From Gemmatimonadota bacterium (lineage in GTDB: Bacteria > Gemmatimonadota > Gemmatimonadetes > Gemmatimonadales > Gemmatimonadaceae), in contig JAZJZK010000002.1 in NCBI GenBank assembly GCA_040389905.1, positions 23,401-87,400 of the forward strand: a stretch of 64,000 bases of DNA, given 5' to 3'. The notes under the pieces are model-generated. The model was not told the DNA's origin, searched no databases, and saw only the letters and a list, made by a program, of their open reading frames with translations. Positions within the stretch are counted from its first letter, which is position 1; each line of letters begins with the position of its first letter. Both the position numbers and the translations under genes were made by a program. Below, piece by piece: positions 8,228-17,244 of this stretch.

Positions 8228-10912
8228 CTACGAACGCATGGTGATGGCCGGGTCGATTCGCGCGGCGCGAATCGCAGGAATCCAGCAGGCGGCGATTCCG
8301 ATTGTCGCCATCATCGCGGCCACGCCAACGAGCGTGAGCGGATCGTGTGGCGCGACGCCGAAAAGCAGACTTTGAATGATTCGGCCCGCGAAGAACGCAC
8401 CCGATACGCCAAGGGCGAGTCCAATCGCAAGCAGTACACCGCCCTCCTTCAGAATCATCCGCTGCACTCGTCCGCTCTCCGCACCAAGACTCATACGAAT
8501 ACCGATCTCGGTCGTCCGCGCGCTCACGGAGAAGGCGAGCACACCCCCGATTCCAACAGCAGCGATGATGACGGCGAGAATTCCGAACGAAGACACGAGC
8601 ACTGCGTTCAACCGCCGCGGTGAAACGCTCTGATCCTTGATCTGCGATACGGTCAACACGTTCTCGATGGGCGCCGTGGGTGCAATGCGACGAACAATGC
8701 GCGTCGCCGCGGTGGCCAGGGCAGAGACATTGCTATCAGCGCGGATCACGAGTCCGCCGCCAAACGACAACTCCTGCACGAAGGGCGCGAACACCACCGC
8801 TCGTGGCACCGCGTCCAACCCGCCGTCCTGCGTATTGCCTACAACGCCGACGATCGTTCGCCAATCAGTGGAAATGGGAGTGAACTTCATGATCTCGCCT
8901 GTCCACGCGACGCGCTTTCCGAGCGGATCCTCACCGGGAAAGAGCTCGTTGGCGAGCGTGCGGTTGATGATCACCACGCGTGCAGATCCAGCTTGATCCG
9001 TGACGGAAAACTCCCGTCCCATCAACAAAGGTATCCCAGCGGCGCGAAAGTACTCGGGGCTTGCCGTTCGATAATCGGGATGTGGAGCTGCCGTGCCGAC
9101 GTCGAGGGCCTTGCCTTCCGTCTTGAGGTCGAAGCCGACCTCCGAGCTCCGAAGCGGCATCGTGGAGCCGAGCCCAACCTCGATGACACCGGGCAGGGCG
9201 GCGATCTCATTTCGCATGCGATCGTACGACTGCTTGTTCGCCGCGTCGCTCGAGCTATCGGGGCCAGCCGGATTCATGAGCGGAACCGGCATCGTGAGCA
9301 CGTCCTCTGTGCGCAGGCCCGTATTGACGTCGGCGAGCTGGATCATGCTACGCGTGAGCAGGCCAGCGCCGGCAAGCAGCACCACCGACACGGCGATCTG
9401 CGCGACGACGAGTCCACGCTGCACCCTTTGGTTCTTCAAGCTTCCACTCATCTTCCTGACGCCCGCCGAAATTCCGGACGCGAACGTGCCTTCCTGTGGC
9501 AGCGAGGCGACAAATGACAGCAACAGCGCCAGCGCTACTGACAACGCCAAGGCGAAACTAAGGACGACGCCGTCGAGTCGAATCTCGTTTGCGCGAGTCG
9601 AATAGCGCTCCGCGAGCGAGATGAGCAGCCCCACACCGCCAATGGCGATGGCAAGCCCGAGTCCCGCACCCACGAGCGACAGCACGAGGTTTTCGACCAG
9701 GATCAACCGTCGTAAGCGCGATACGCCTGCGCCGAGCGCCGCGCGCACCACGAGCTCGTGTTCGCGCCGCACGCCGCGCATCAGCGTGAGGTTGATGACG
9801 TTCGCCGCAGAAATGATCATGACGAATGCAGCGGCGCCCATCAGGAGCCAGAGCGTGAGCGACGCACGCTCGCCAAGTGCTTGCTTGAACGGAATGACCG
9901 CCACGCGATAGTGCACTGCGGGATCGTATGCATCGGCGTGTTCGCTGTGGACCCGTGTCTGTAGAGCCGCGACCTCCTTCCGCGCCTGCTCGACCGTTGC
10001 ACCCGGCGCGAGCCTCGCAATCATCTCGGTCATCCGATGCACGCGTGCCTCGACCATTTGCGCGCTGACGTGGTGCGGACTGACCACCATGTTCGTCAGC
10101 GCATCCACGCGAGCGGGAAAGAAGGGCGCGCGCTGGAGCACGCCGATAACGGTCGCCGACGTACCGTTGAGTTTGACCTGCTTTCCCACGATGCTCGAAT
10201 CGCCGCCGAATCGCTTGATCCAGAATTCGTGCGTCAGCACCATCACCGCGGGAACTCCCGCGCCGTCGTCGCTCGGCGATGTCAAGCGCCCAAGCACAGG
10301 AGACAGTCCCATCACTTCGAAAAAGTTGCCCGTGACGAGGCCTATGTCGATGCGGACGGCGTCGTTCTCGTCGAGCAACGTCTGAAACCAGGGCGAGTAC
10401 TCGGCAATTCCAGCGAGTGATCGCGCACCGTTCCGGAAGTCACGAATCTCGGGCACCGAAAAGCTCACGTTCTCTCCGCCGGGACCGTCGACCGACTGAC
10501 GGAGGTACACAAGCCGGTCGCCATCACGATGAGGGAGCGGCTTGAGGAGCACGCCGCGCACGACGCTGAAGATCGCCGTGTTTGCGCCGATTCCGAGTGC
10601 GAGGGTGACTACGACCACGGCGGTGAACGCCGGGCTGCGCCGAAGCGCGCGAAACGCGTACCTGACGTCAGCGGCGATCCCTTCGATAAACGGTATGCCG
10701 CGTTGCGCGCGGACCGCGTCGGTGGCGACGCTCAGCCCACCCGACGCCAACAACGCCAGTCGGCGCGCCTCCGCTGGGTGCATGCCACGACGGATGTTCT
10801 CCGCCGTCTCCATTTCGAGATGCGCCTGCAGTTCTGCGCGGAGATCAGCGTCGGCGTTGTCTTTCGAAAAAACCCCGGCGATGCGTGCGAAAGCGGCGCG
10901 GAGTTGGCTCAT
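8228..10912 (-). CDS. ADOP-family duplicated ABC permease (MacB/FtsX domains)
   Basis: ELQAHLEM..ENIRRGM, LALGIGANTAIFS, EIGIRMSLGA, IPAIRAARIDP. ATG overlaps the PadR stop (ATGA). Confidence 0.92.
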   Translation of the reverse strand: MSQLRAAFARIAGVFSKDNADADLRAELQAHLEMETAENIRRGMHPAEARRLALLASGGLSVATDAVRAQRGIPFIEGIAADVRYAFRALRRSPAFTAVVVVTLALGIGANTAIFSVVRGVLLKPLPHRDGDRLVYLRQSVDGPGGENVSFSVPEIRDFRNGARSLAGIAEYSPWFQTLLDENDAVRIDIGLVTGNFFEVMGLSPVLGRLTSPSDDGAGVPAVMVLTHEFWIKRFGGDSSIVGKQVKLNGTSATVIGVLQRAPFFPARVDALTNMVVSPHHVSAQMVEARVHRMTEMIARLAPGATVEQARKEVAALQTRVHSEHADAYDPAVHYRVAVIPFKQALGERASLTLWLLMGAAAFVMIISAANVINLTLMRGVRREHELVVRAALGAGVSRLRRLILVENLVLSLVGAGLGLAIAIGGVGLLISLAERYSTRANEIRLDGVVLSFALALSVALALLLSFVASLPQEGTFASGISAGVRKMSGSLKNQRVQRGLVVAQIAVSVVLLAGAGLLTRSMIQLADVNTGLRTEDVLTMPVPLMNPAGPDSSSDAANKQSYDRMRNEIAALPGVIEVGLGSTMPLRSSEVGFDLKTEGKALDVGTAAPHPDYRTASPEYFRAAGIPLLMGREFSVTDQAGSARVVIINRTLANELFPGEDPLGKRVAWTGEIMKFTPISTDWRTIVGVVGNTQDGGLDAVPRAVVFAPFVQELSFGGGLVIRADSNVSALATAATRIVRRIAPTAPIENVLTVSQIKDQSVSPRRLNAVLVSSFGILAVIIAAVGIGGVLAFSVSARTTEIGIRMSLGAESGRVQRMILKEGGVLLAIGLALGVSGAFFAGRIIQSLLFGVAPHDPLTLVGVAAMMATIGIAACWIPAIRAARIDPAITMRS

Positions 10913-11253
10913 GGTGCGTCCGTTCGTGGCGAGAGAAAGGCAGCGATGAGATCGGCAGTCTGGTGCCACTCGCGCGCCTCACGCGCGAGTTGCTTGCGCC
11001 CCGATGGCGTCAACGCATAGAACTTCGCGCGGCGGTTATTCTCGGATTGGCCCCACTCGGCGGCAATGAAGCCCTCTTGCTCGAGCTTGAGCAGTGCGGG
11101 ATAGAGCGTGCCGTAGTTGAGCGTGAGGCGGTTCTTGCTCGTTTCCTCGATGCGGCGCGCGACACCGTATCCGTGCATCGGGCCCAGCACGTCGAGGGTC
11201 TTGAGGATCATCAGGGCGAGCGTGCCCTGCTTGACGTCGAGTTTCTCTGCCAC
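10909..11253 (-). CDS. PadR-family transcriptional regulator
   Basis: QGTLALMILKTL, MHGYG, GTLYPAL, SENNRRAKFY. Confidence 0.93.
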   Translation of the reverse strand: MAEKLDVKQGTLALMILKTLDVLGPMHGYGVARRIEETSKNRLTLNYGTLYPALLKLEQEGFIAAEWGQSENNRRAKFYALTPSGRKQLAREAREWHQTADLIAAFLSPRTDAP

Positions 11254-11326
11254 GGTGCCATCCTATTGGATTCCCATAGGAGGCTAATATCGCCCGGTGA
11301 ATTGCGCAATAGGCACGAGTCCTCCT

Positions 11327-12079
11327 CTAATCGGAGTCGTTGGCGCGCATCCACCAGAGTGCAATGGCGCCCTCGTATCGATACAGCAGCCACGGCAGGA
11401 ACACGCTCAACAAACAGATCAGCGAAAAGAGTCTGGCGATGGCGGGCACCGACATGTTGACGTGGTCTGCTGCCAGCACGACAAAGTCGTTCTCGACCGA
11501 CGACTTGCCCTCGGCGTAGGCTGCCTGGGCGTCGGTGCTTCGTGAGAGCGTCCACGCGAAGTGCACGTCATGGAGCCAGATCAGAAATCCGCACATGGCG
11601 TAGGCCGGTCGCTCGTCCGCCTGGAGTAGCGTCGTTCCACTCATGGCGCGGTGGAGGAAGACGAGTGCGATGAGCAGTTCCGCGCCGTGGCCCATGCCGA
11701 TGATTACGGCGTTATGCGCGTCGGTAGACGCGATGCGTGAATACACCGCCACGAGAACGAGTAGCGCGATCACTGTCGGAGCATGGCGCCGCACTCTCCA
11801 GAGCGCGGCGGCGAAGAGCCCGTACGGAATGACGAGCAGAAACGGCGCGCGCTCCAACGTGGTCGTCACACCACCGCCCTCGGAAAAATCGAACGACGGA
11901 ATCGCAGGATATCCGAACAGCCACGCCGTTCCCGCGTGCCCGAGTTCGTGCACAATCGTGACGAGGGGAATGAACAGGATGCGCGTAAAGGGAACCAGCG
12001 ACAACACGACCGCCAGCGCGAAGCCAATGGCCAGCGCGCGCTGCGCCTCATCGCTCAGTCGCGGTGTGTCGGAGGTCAA
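11327..12079 (-). CDS. Membrane protein with HExxH motif (M50-like peptidase)
   Basis: HELGH inside a multi-TM protein; TTG start overlaps the upstream stop (TTGA). Confidence 0.7.
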   Translation of the reverse strand: MTSDTPRLSDEAQRALAIGFALAVVLSLVPFTRILFIPLVTIVHELGHAGTAWLFGYPAIPSFDFSEGGGVTTTLERAPFLLVIPYGLFAAALWRVRRHAPTVIALLVLVAVYSRIASTDAHNAVIIGMGHGAELLIALVFLHRAMSGTTLLQADERPAYAMCGFLIWLHDVHFAWTLSRSTDAQAAYAEGKSSVENDFVVLAADHVNMSVPAIARLFSLICLLSVFLPWLLYRYEGAIALWWMRANDSD

Positions 12080-12453
12080 ACGCTCTGTATGATGGCCATG
12101 GTATTGCCCTCGCTGTCCTTGAACCATGCAGCCATCGCGCCGCCGCCAGTCGCGATACCATCGACCATGTTCATTCCCGGGAAATCGTATTCCTCGAACA
12201 CTACGCCGCGTGCTCGCAGTTCTTCTACTTCCGCCTTGATGTCGCTGACGTGCCAGAAAGCCTGACTGGCTTTCGAGGTACCCGCACCACCGGACACATA
12301 CATGAAGATGGCGGTCCCGTCGGCGCACGTGTACGTGTATCCGCCATTGTTGTGATCACTCGGCTCGAGGCCGATCTTCTCCTTGTAGAACAGGCGCGCG
12401 CGCTCGAGGTCGGAGACGGGGATGTACGCAAAGACCGGCGAATTCTGAAGCAT
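12076..12453 (-). CDS. VOC (glyoxalase/bleomycin resistance) family protein
   Basis: PVSDLERARLFY, GVVFEEYD, AAWFKDSEGN. Confidence 0.9.
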   Translation of the reverse strand: MLQNSPVFAYIPVSDLERARLFYKEKIGLEPSDHNNGGYTYTCADGTAIFMYVSGGAGTSKASQAFWHVSDIKAEVEELRARGVVFEEYDFPGMNMVDGIATGGGAMAAWFKDSEGNTMAIIQSV

Positions 12454-12474
12454 AGGTGCTCCGGGTTGGGCAGG

Positions 12475-13167
12475 CTAGGTAGTCGTCGACTGTTGGTCGG
12501 TCTGGCGCCCGAGCCAGCGTGAAGAAACAAGACGGTAGCCTTCGATGCACAGCAGAAGCCAAATCGCGCCGGCGAGAAATCCGCCGAGCACATCGCTGAT
12601 GTAGTGTACGCCAAGATACAGGCGACTGAGACCGACGGCCGCGACGATCGAACATGTCGACAGGACGATCCGCAACTGATGCTGCGTGTTGCGCTCGTTC
12701 TCGAATCGGAAATACGCGACGATTCCATATCCCACGAGCGATGCCATCGAATGACCGCTCGGGAAGCTCCATGTCGTGCCCGCAATGAACTCGACGGCAG
12801 CGTCCGGCCTGCCGCGATGAAACAGCGTTTTCAGAGCAATATCGAGATACATGCCGCCGATGCTCGCGACGGGAATCGTTGCCGCGGCCGCCCATCGACG
12901 CCGATGGATGAGAATGACAACCGCCACAGCGAGTAGCCCCGTGAGCGCAGTATCGCCGAGCCAACTCACCCATGTGAAGAATGTTGCGAAGCCGTCCGCC
13001 TGGTGGTGATTCATCCAGTTCACAACCATGGCGTCGAGCACGGTGGCTCCCCTCTCGGGAATGGCGCGCGCGAGGGCGGCGAACGCACACAGCAACAGCG
13101 TGGCGAGAACGATGCCGCCAACGCCCTGCAACTGCAGGTATCGGTGACCTAGAACACGATGGACCAT
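12475..13167 (-). CDS. PAP2-family membrane phosphatase
   Basis: K..FHRGRP, SFPSGH, SRLYLGVHYISDV. Start uncertain. Confidence 0.85.
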   Translation of the reverse strand: MVHRVLGHRYLQLQGVGGIVLATLLLCAFAALARAIPERGATVLDAMVVNWMNHHQADGFATFFTWVSWLGDTALTGLLAVAVVILIHRRRWAAAATIPVASIGGMYLDIALKTLFHRGRPDAAVEFIAGTTWSFPSGHSMASLVGYGIVAYFRFENERNTQHQLRIVLSTCSIVAAVGLSRLYLGVHYISDVLGGFLAGAIWLLLCIEGYRLVSSRWLGRQTDQQSTTT

Positions 13168-13994
13168 TGCACGACAGGGATCTGCCAATTCGCACGCTGC
13201 GGGCGTGGCGCGCCAGCCTCGGCAGGCGGCGCTTCGCGATGCAATTGGCGCTCAGCAATCGCCTTCCCGACGGCGAAGCCGATGACGCCGCCGATGAACA
13301 TGTCCGAGGCCCAATGGTGTCCGTCAGCGAGCCGGCCAAGCCCGATCGCAACTGAGTACACATAGGGAATTGGCTCAGCAAGTCCCAGCGAGTAGCGGTG
13401 GGTAAGAAAGGACGCGCATGCCATCGAGTTCGAGATGTGGCCGCTGTAGAACGACTCCTTGGACCAATCGGACGTACCCGGGATCGAGATGTCAAACGGG
13501 TCCGCCGTCACCGTGGGTCGACTCCGCGTGACCGCCCGAAACGCCACTTGCCGAAGTCCCATACTCGCGAGGTGACCCGCAGCGCAGCCGAGTCCCGCGT
13601 CGCGGAGATTCACGGAGTGGGACAATCGTCCGGCGACGTACAGCACGCCGGAGAAGGGAAGCAGATACTGCCCGCTTCCCATCTCGTACGGTGAGAACCT
13701 CGCGCCTTCCCGAGTTGGGGCAAGCAGGCGCATGGCGAATGTTCGCTCGTGCGTTCGCATCCATACGTACCCTGCGGAGTCGATCCGCGACGTCAGGGCC
13801 GCGGCGCCGAGTGCGGCCGCCGTGCTGAGAAGATCACGACGGCGCATACCTGCCGGTGACGTCCACGCGGACCAGATGTCGCCACCGAAGTTCCCGATGT
13901 CGCGGCGTTCAGGGCCTAGAGTGCTCTGGGCGGGAGCCGTTACGCTGATGCCGAGCATCGCCGTCAGAACCAACGCTGGGCATAGCCGATTCAT
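13149..13994 (-). CDS. PAP2-family protein with signal peptide
   Basis: RSRP, SFYSGH, GRLADGHHWASD. Confidence 0.83.
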   Translation of the reverse strand: MNRLCPALVLTAMLGISVTAPAQSTLGPERRDIGNFGGDIWSAWTSPAGMRRRDLLSTAAALGAAALTSRIDSAGYVWMRTHERTFAMRLLAPTREGARFSPYEMGSGQYLLPFSGVLYVAGRLSHSVNLRDAGLGCAAGHLASMGLRQVAFRAVTRSRPTVTADPFDISIPGTSDWSKESFYSGHISNSMACASFLTHRYSLGLAEPIPYVYSVAIGLGRLADGHHWASDMFIGGVIGFAVGKAIAERQLHREAPPAEAGAPRPQRANWQIPVVQWSIVF

Positions 13995-14065
13995 CCGATT
14001 CGTCGCGCGTTTAGCATGCGCGGCTGGAAGGCACGGTCCATGCCAGCGACTGACCAGGCCGCTCT

Positions 14066-14476
14066 TTATGATTGCGTCGAAGGATGAGCGTCCGGTGGCA
14101 GTGGAAGTCCACCCGGCGGTTCCGGCGGGCCCAGCACAGCGAAAATCAATCCCGCTTGTTCCCGCGAGAAAACGCCCAACATCCGTTCCTCGAATTCACG
14201 CGCTCGTGCCTGAAACGACTCTCGCGTGCCGCCGAAAAGCTCCGGCAACATCTCCGACGCTTCGAGGACGAACGCACGCTGCTCGGCGTTGAGCGACGAG
14301 TCCTCACCTGTAAACGTACGGAAGTGCTCGCGCCAAAAAGAGAGACGTTGTTCGTGCGACGCGGCGTTCACGACTACCTTGCGGAACGGAATCGGGAACG
14401 TGGAGAGCTCGGCCAGTGTCCGCGGCAACTTGTCTCGGTGAGCCTCGACCCACGCGACGATTTCTTCGTGCCGCAT
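14066..14476 (-). CDS. Protein resembling the N-terminal domain of bacteriocin fulvocin C-related proteins
   Basis: WVEAHRDKLPRTLAELSTFP..FRK, WREH, LNAEQRAF pattern recognised from memory. Start set at MRHEE; the upstream ORF extension is repeat DNA. Confidence 0.6.
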   Translation of the reverse strand: MRHEEIVAWVEAHRDKLPRTLAELSTFPIPFRKVVVNAASHEQRLSFWREHFRTFTGEDSSLNAEQRAFVLEASEMLPELFGGTRESFQARAREFEERMLGVFSREQAGLIFAVLGPPEPPGGLPLPPDAHPSTQS

Positions 14477-14544
14477 GGGAAACCATCCGCACGATCCACT
14501 CATATGGCGCCCTCCTGTGACTGGTTGTTGTGCGACATGCAGGT

Positions 14545-14635
14545 TGTCACCCCGAGCGAGCGAAGCTTTGTCGAGGGGTCTGCACCTCGTATGCCGGCCG
14601 CAAGTGCAGATCCCTCGACTTCGCACGGGATGACA
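14545..14635. repeat. REP-like inverted doublet
   Basis: TGTCACCCCGAGC...TCGAGGGGTCTGCAC followed by GTGCAGATCCCTCGA...CGGGATGACA. Confidence 0.85.
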
Positions 14636-14644
14636 GAACTGCAA

Positions 14645-15211
14645 TCAGCGTTCAAACGACCAGGCACTCCACGGCGCGTAGCTCCGTCGCGGGCCAACCT
14701 GATGCCAGCCTGCGGCTACGAGATGGCGTGCAGCCGCGGTGCGGAGCACGCCGTGCGTCACCGCGAGAACTGTCGAGTGCTCATCGGCGAGTTCAGTGAG
14801 GTCCTGAACGGCACTTCGAGCCTGCTGCTCGAATCGTTCGTCGAATCCGATGTGTCGCACGACGCGTAGACCCCACTCGAGGTGAATGAGTGCTTCCCAC
14901 ATGAACAACGGAAGGCGGCCAGGAAGTTTGGGAATCGGAAGCGGTATCTCGCGCAGGGCAGGGTTTTCTTTCACCTGCCGTCCCGGTGCAATGCGATCGG
15001 CTGATGTCAGTGCACGGAGCAGGTCGCTCGAAACAATGTGCGCGCACGACGAGGCCAACGCGCGGATGGCGTGAGGAGGTTGCGCGCTCGGGTGGATGTC
15101 CGTTCGATCATACGCCTCGCGACAGTCCTCGACGCCCGCGAGATCCACCCACGCCGTCGGATAGCGATAGGCTGACGGACCGTGCCGAACGAGGACGATG
15201 CGCCGGTTCAC
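14645..15211 (-). CDS. Histidine phosphatase (phosphoglycerate mutase) family protein
   Basis: LVRHG, SSDLLRA, LREI, VTHG motifs; GTG start at 15211. Confidence 0.8.
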   Translation of the reverse strand: MNRRIVLVRHGPSAYRYPTAWVDLAGVEDCREAYDRTDIHPSAQPPHAIRALASSCAHIVSSDLLRALTSADRIAPGRQVKENPALREIPLPIPKLPGRLPLFMWEALIHLEWGLRVVRHIGFDERFEQQARSAVQDLTELADEHSTVLAVTHGVLRTAAARHLVAAGWHQVGPRRSYAPWSAWSFER

Positions 15212-15215
15212 ATGC

Positions 15216-16433
15216 TCAGAACGTTCGAACGATAACGGGCACCGACGACGATATCGTGGTGCCAGTGCCCAGTTGGCCACGAGAATTATCGCCCCAACAT
15301 GCGACGCGACGATCCTCGAGCATCGCACAGGTGTGAGACGCTGTCGGAGAAACAGCCACCACTTTCGCGACGCCGGCCACCTTCGTCGGACTGAGCACGC
15401 AATCGAGAGGATCACTCGGGATACCAGAAACCGCACTGCATTGGATCGTGCCAGTTCCACCGGTCTGACCATCCTTGGTGTATCCCCAGCAATACAGCTC
15501 CGCATCGGTCGATATGCCGCACGTCGGCATATTGATGTTGTTCGCGTTTCCCGCCTGGATCGACGCAAAGACAACATTCCCGGAAACGGGATACGGCGTT
15601 GGTGTTTGTGCTTGAGCCAGCGCCGCGCCGAGTTGCCGGCTGTTGTTGAGTCCCCAGCAGAACCCAGCACCCGCGGTGGTCACACCGCAGGTGTACGCGC
15701 CGCCTGCGCTGATCATCTTGAACTTGATGCCGCCGGCGACCAGCACGGGCACTGTACTGATGGCCAGCGTGCTCGCGATGCCAAGCTGACCGTAGCCGTT
15801 GTGTCCCCAACAGTATGCGTCATTCGAGCTGGTGAGCGCGCAGGCATGGATGAGCCCCACGGAGATCGACGTGAACTTCAACGTTGTGGCAACAGGAACC
15901 GGATTCGCCTGTACGTCTACCGAGTTGTTCCCGACTTGCCCGTATTGATTGCCACCCCAGCAGTACGCCGCTCCCTCCGCCGTCAGGCCACATGACGTTG
16001 GCCCGCCCGTCGCGAGCTGAGCAAACTTGACTGGAGAGATGATGGCCGTTGGTTGCGCATTCGTGACGCCGCTCGATTGGCCCCAGCAATACGCAATGCC
16101 ATCGCGTCCCAGCGCGCACGAGACCCCTACGCCGACGTCAATGGCCTGGTAGGTGCCGGTTCCTGCCAGGGCGGCCGGAGCAGGTGCGTCGCTCGTACTG
16201 CCCGTGCCGAGTTGGGAAAGGTTGTTGGCGCCCCAGCAGTAACCTTGTCCGACACTGGTCAGCGCGCATGTCACCAGCTGTCCCGTGGCAATACTGGCGG
16301 CGGCAGACGCGACAAGCGTCACTCCGCCCTCCGGCGAGACGCCGTCACCACCGCAGCTTCCCGCTACCGCGGCGAACGCCAGACTTGCGATGCAAGTGAG
16401 CCTGGGGCGCAGAGGGTTCCGATGGTGAAGCAT
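15216..16433 (-). CDS. RCC1/BLIP-II repeat lipoprotein
   Basis: Lipobox-like AGSC; repeated CAL...AYCWG.N..GQLG units. Confidence 0.88.
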   Translation of the reverse strand: MLHHRNPLRPRLTCIASLAFAAVAGSCGGDGVSPEGGVTLVASAAASIATGQLVTCALTSVGQGYCWGANNLSQLGTGSTSDAPAPAALAGTGTYQAIDVGVGVSCALGRDGIAYCWGQSSGVTNAQPTAIISPVKFAQLATGGPTSCGLTAEGAAYCWGGNQYGQVGNNSVDVQANPVPVATTLKFTSISVGLIHACALTSSNDAYCWGHNGYGQLGIASTLAISTVPVLVAGGIKFKMISAGGAYTCGVTTAGAGFCWGLNNSRQLGAALAQAQTPTPYPVSGNVVFASIQAGNANNINMPTCGISTDAELYCWGYTKDGQTGGTGTIQCSAVSGIPSDPLDCVLSPTKVAGVAKVVAVSPTASHTCAMLEDRRVACWGDNSRGQLGTGTTISSSVPVIVRTF

Positions 16434-16502
16434 GCGAGCCTCCTCCTACACACAAGTAGCTAGCGGACCGTCACCGAAGTTCTGAGAGCAGCAGGGAGCA
16501 CC

Positions 16503-16666
16503 GGCACATTGAACGCGGATTGAGCGGATTGACCAGCGAAACAGTGATTGGTTCGGCGAGGCACGTCAGCAGCAGTTCACCGTGAAGTCTTCAAGCATGT
16601 GCTTCTCGTGTTTCACGCTTGATCATTGTTTTCTTTTCGATCCGCTCGATCCGCGTTCAATGTGCC
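16503..16666. repeat. Gene-less inverted-repeat element with CGGAT 9-bp units (MITE/REPIN-like)
   Basis: Left GGCACATTGAACGCGGATTGAGCGGATTGA..AAACAGTGAT pairs with right ATCATTGTTT..TCGATCCGCTCGATCCGCGTTCAATGTGCC. Confidence 0.85.
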
Positions 16667-16707
16667 CGCGCGCCGACCGACTCGGACCCGACGTTCCAAC
16701 CGACCTG

Positions 16708-17244
16708 CTATCGGAAACCACTCTGACCCCGTCGCCCGCGAGGCTTCCTTGCTTTCTGTACACGAACGAGGGAATCGACCAGCGCGCGAACTCGGAGTTT
16801 GATCGCGTCTCGTCCATTTGCGTAATCGGCGCTCACTGACGGCAACCCATCCCAACTCGTCTGCCGAGCGTGTGCTCCAGCCGTGAAGCTTCGAAGCACA
16901 TCGAATGACACGACAAAGGCGGCGTTGCGGAGGTCGGCCGGTCGCAGCGTCTGGGGATGCCACGTGCCGAGTTCCACGTGATCCGCGTGGAGTCCCTTCT
17001 GCATCCACTCCGGAACGAGCGAATCGGCGCGCGTCCCGCGGGAAAGCGCTCGCATCCGCAAGCCAGCATCCGCGGCGTACTGCTCGAAGAGGACCTTCGC
17101 GAGGAGGCTCTTCACCGTACCATGCTCGCAAACAAAGAGAACGGTCTCCGGCGGTCGGGCGCTCAACTCTTGCGCAAGGAGGTCAGTCCGCGCGGTCAGG
17201 CCAAGCAGCACCGGGAGGGCGACGTGCTGCCAACGGCGGATCAC
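16708..17244 (-). CDS. Secreted LMW-phosphatase/ArsC-fold protein with variant P-loop
   Basis: VLFVCEHGTVKS, ALSRGT, signal peptide. GTG overlaps the permease stop. Confidence 0.7.
   Translation of the reverse strand: MIRRWQHVALPVLLGLTARTDLLAQELSARPPETVLFVCEHGTVKSLLAKVLFEQYAADAGLRMRALSRGTRADSLVPEWMQKGLHADHVELGTWHPQTLRPADLRNAAFVVSFDVLRSFTAGAHARQTSWDGLPSVSADYANGRDAIKLRVRALVDSLVRVQKARKPRGRRGQSGFR

Noticed and set aside
14477..14644. Cys-rich N-terminus of ORF 14066-14644
   Set aside because: Largely the translation of the REP-like doublet at 14545-14635.
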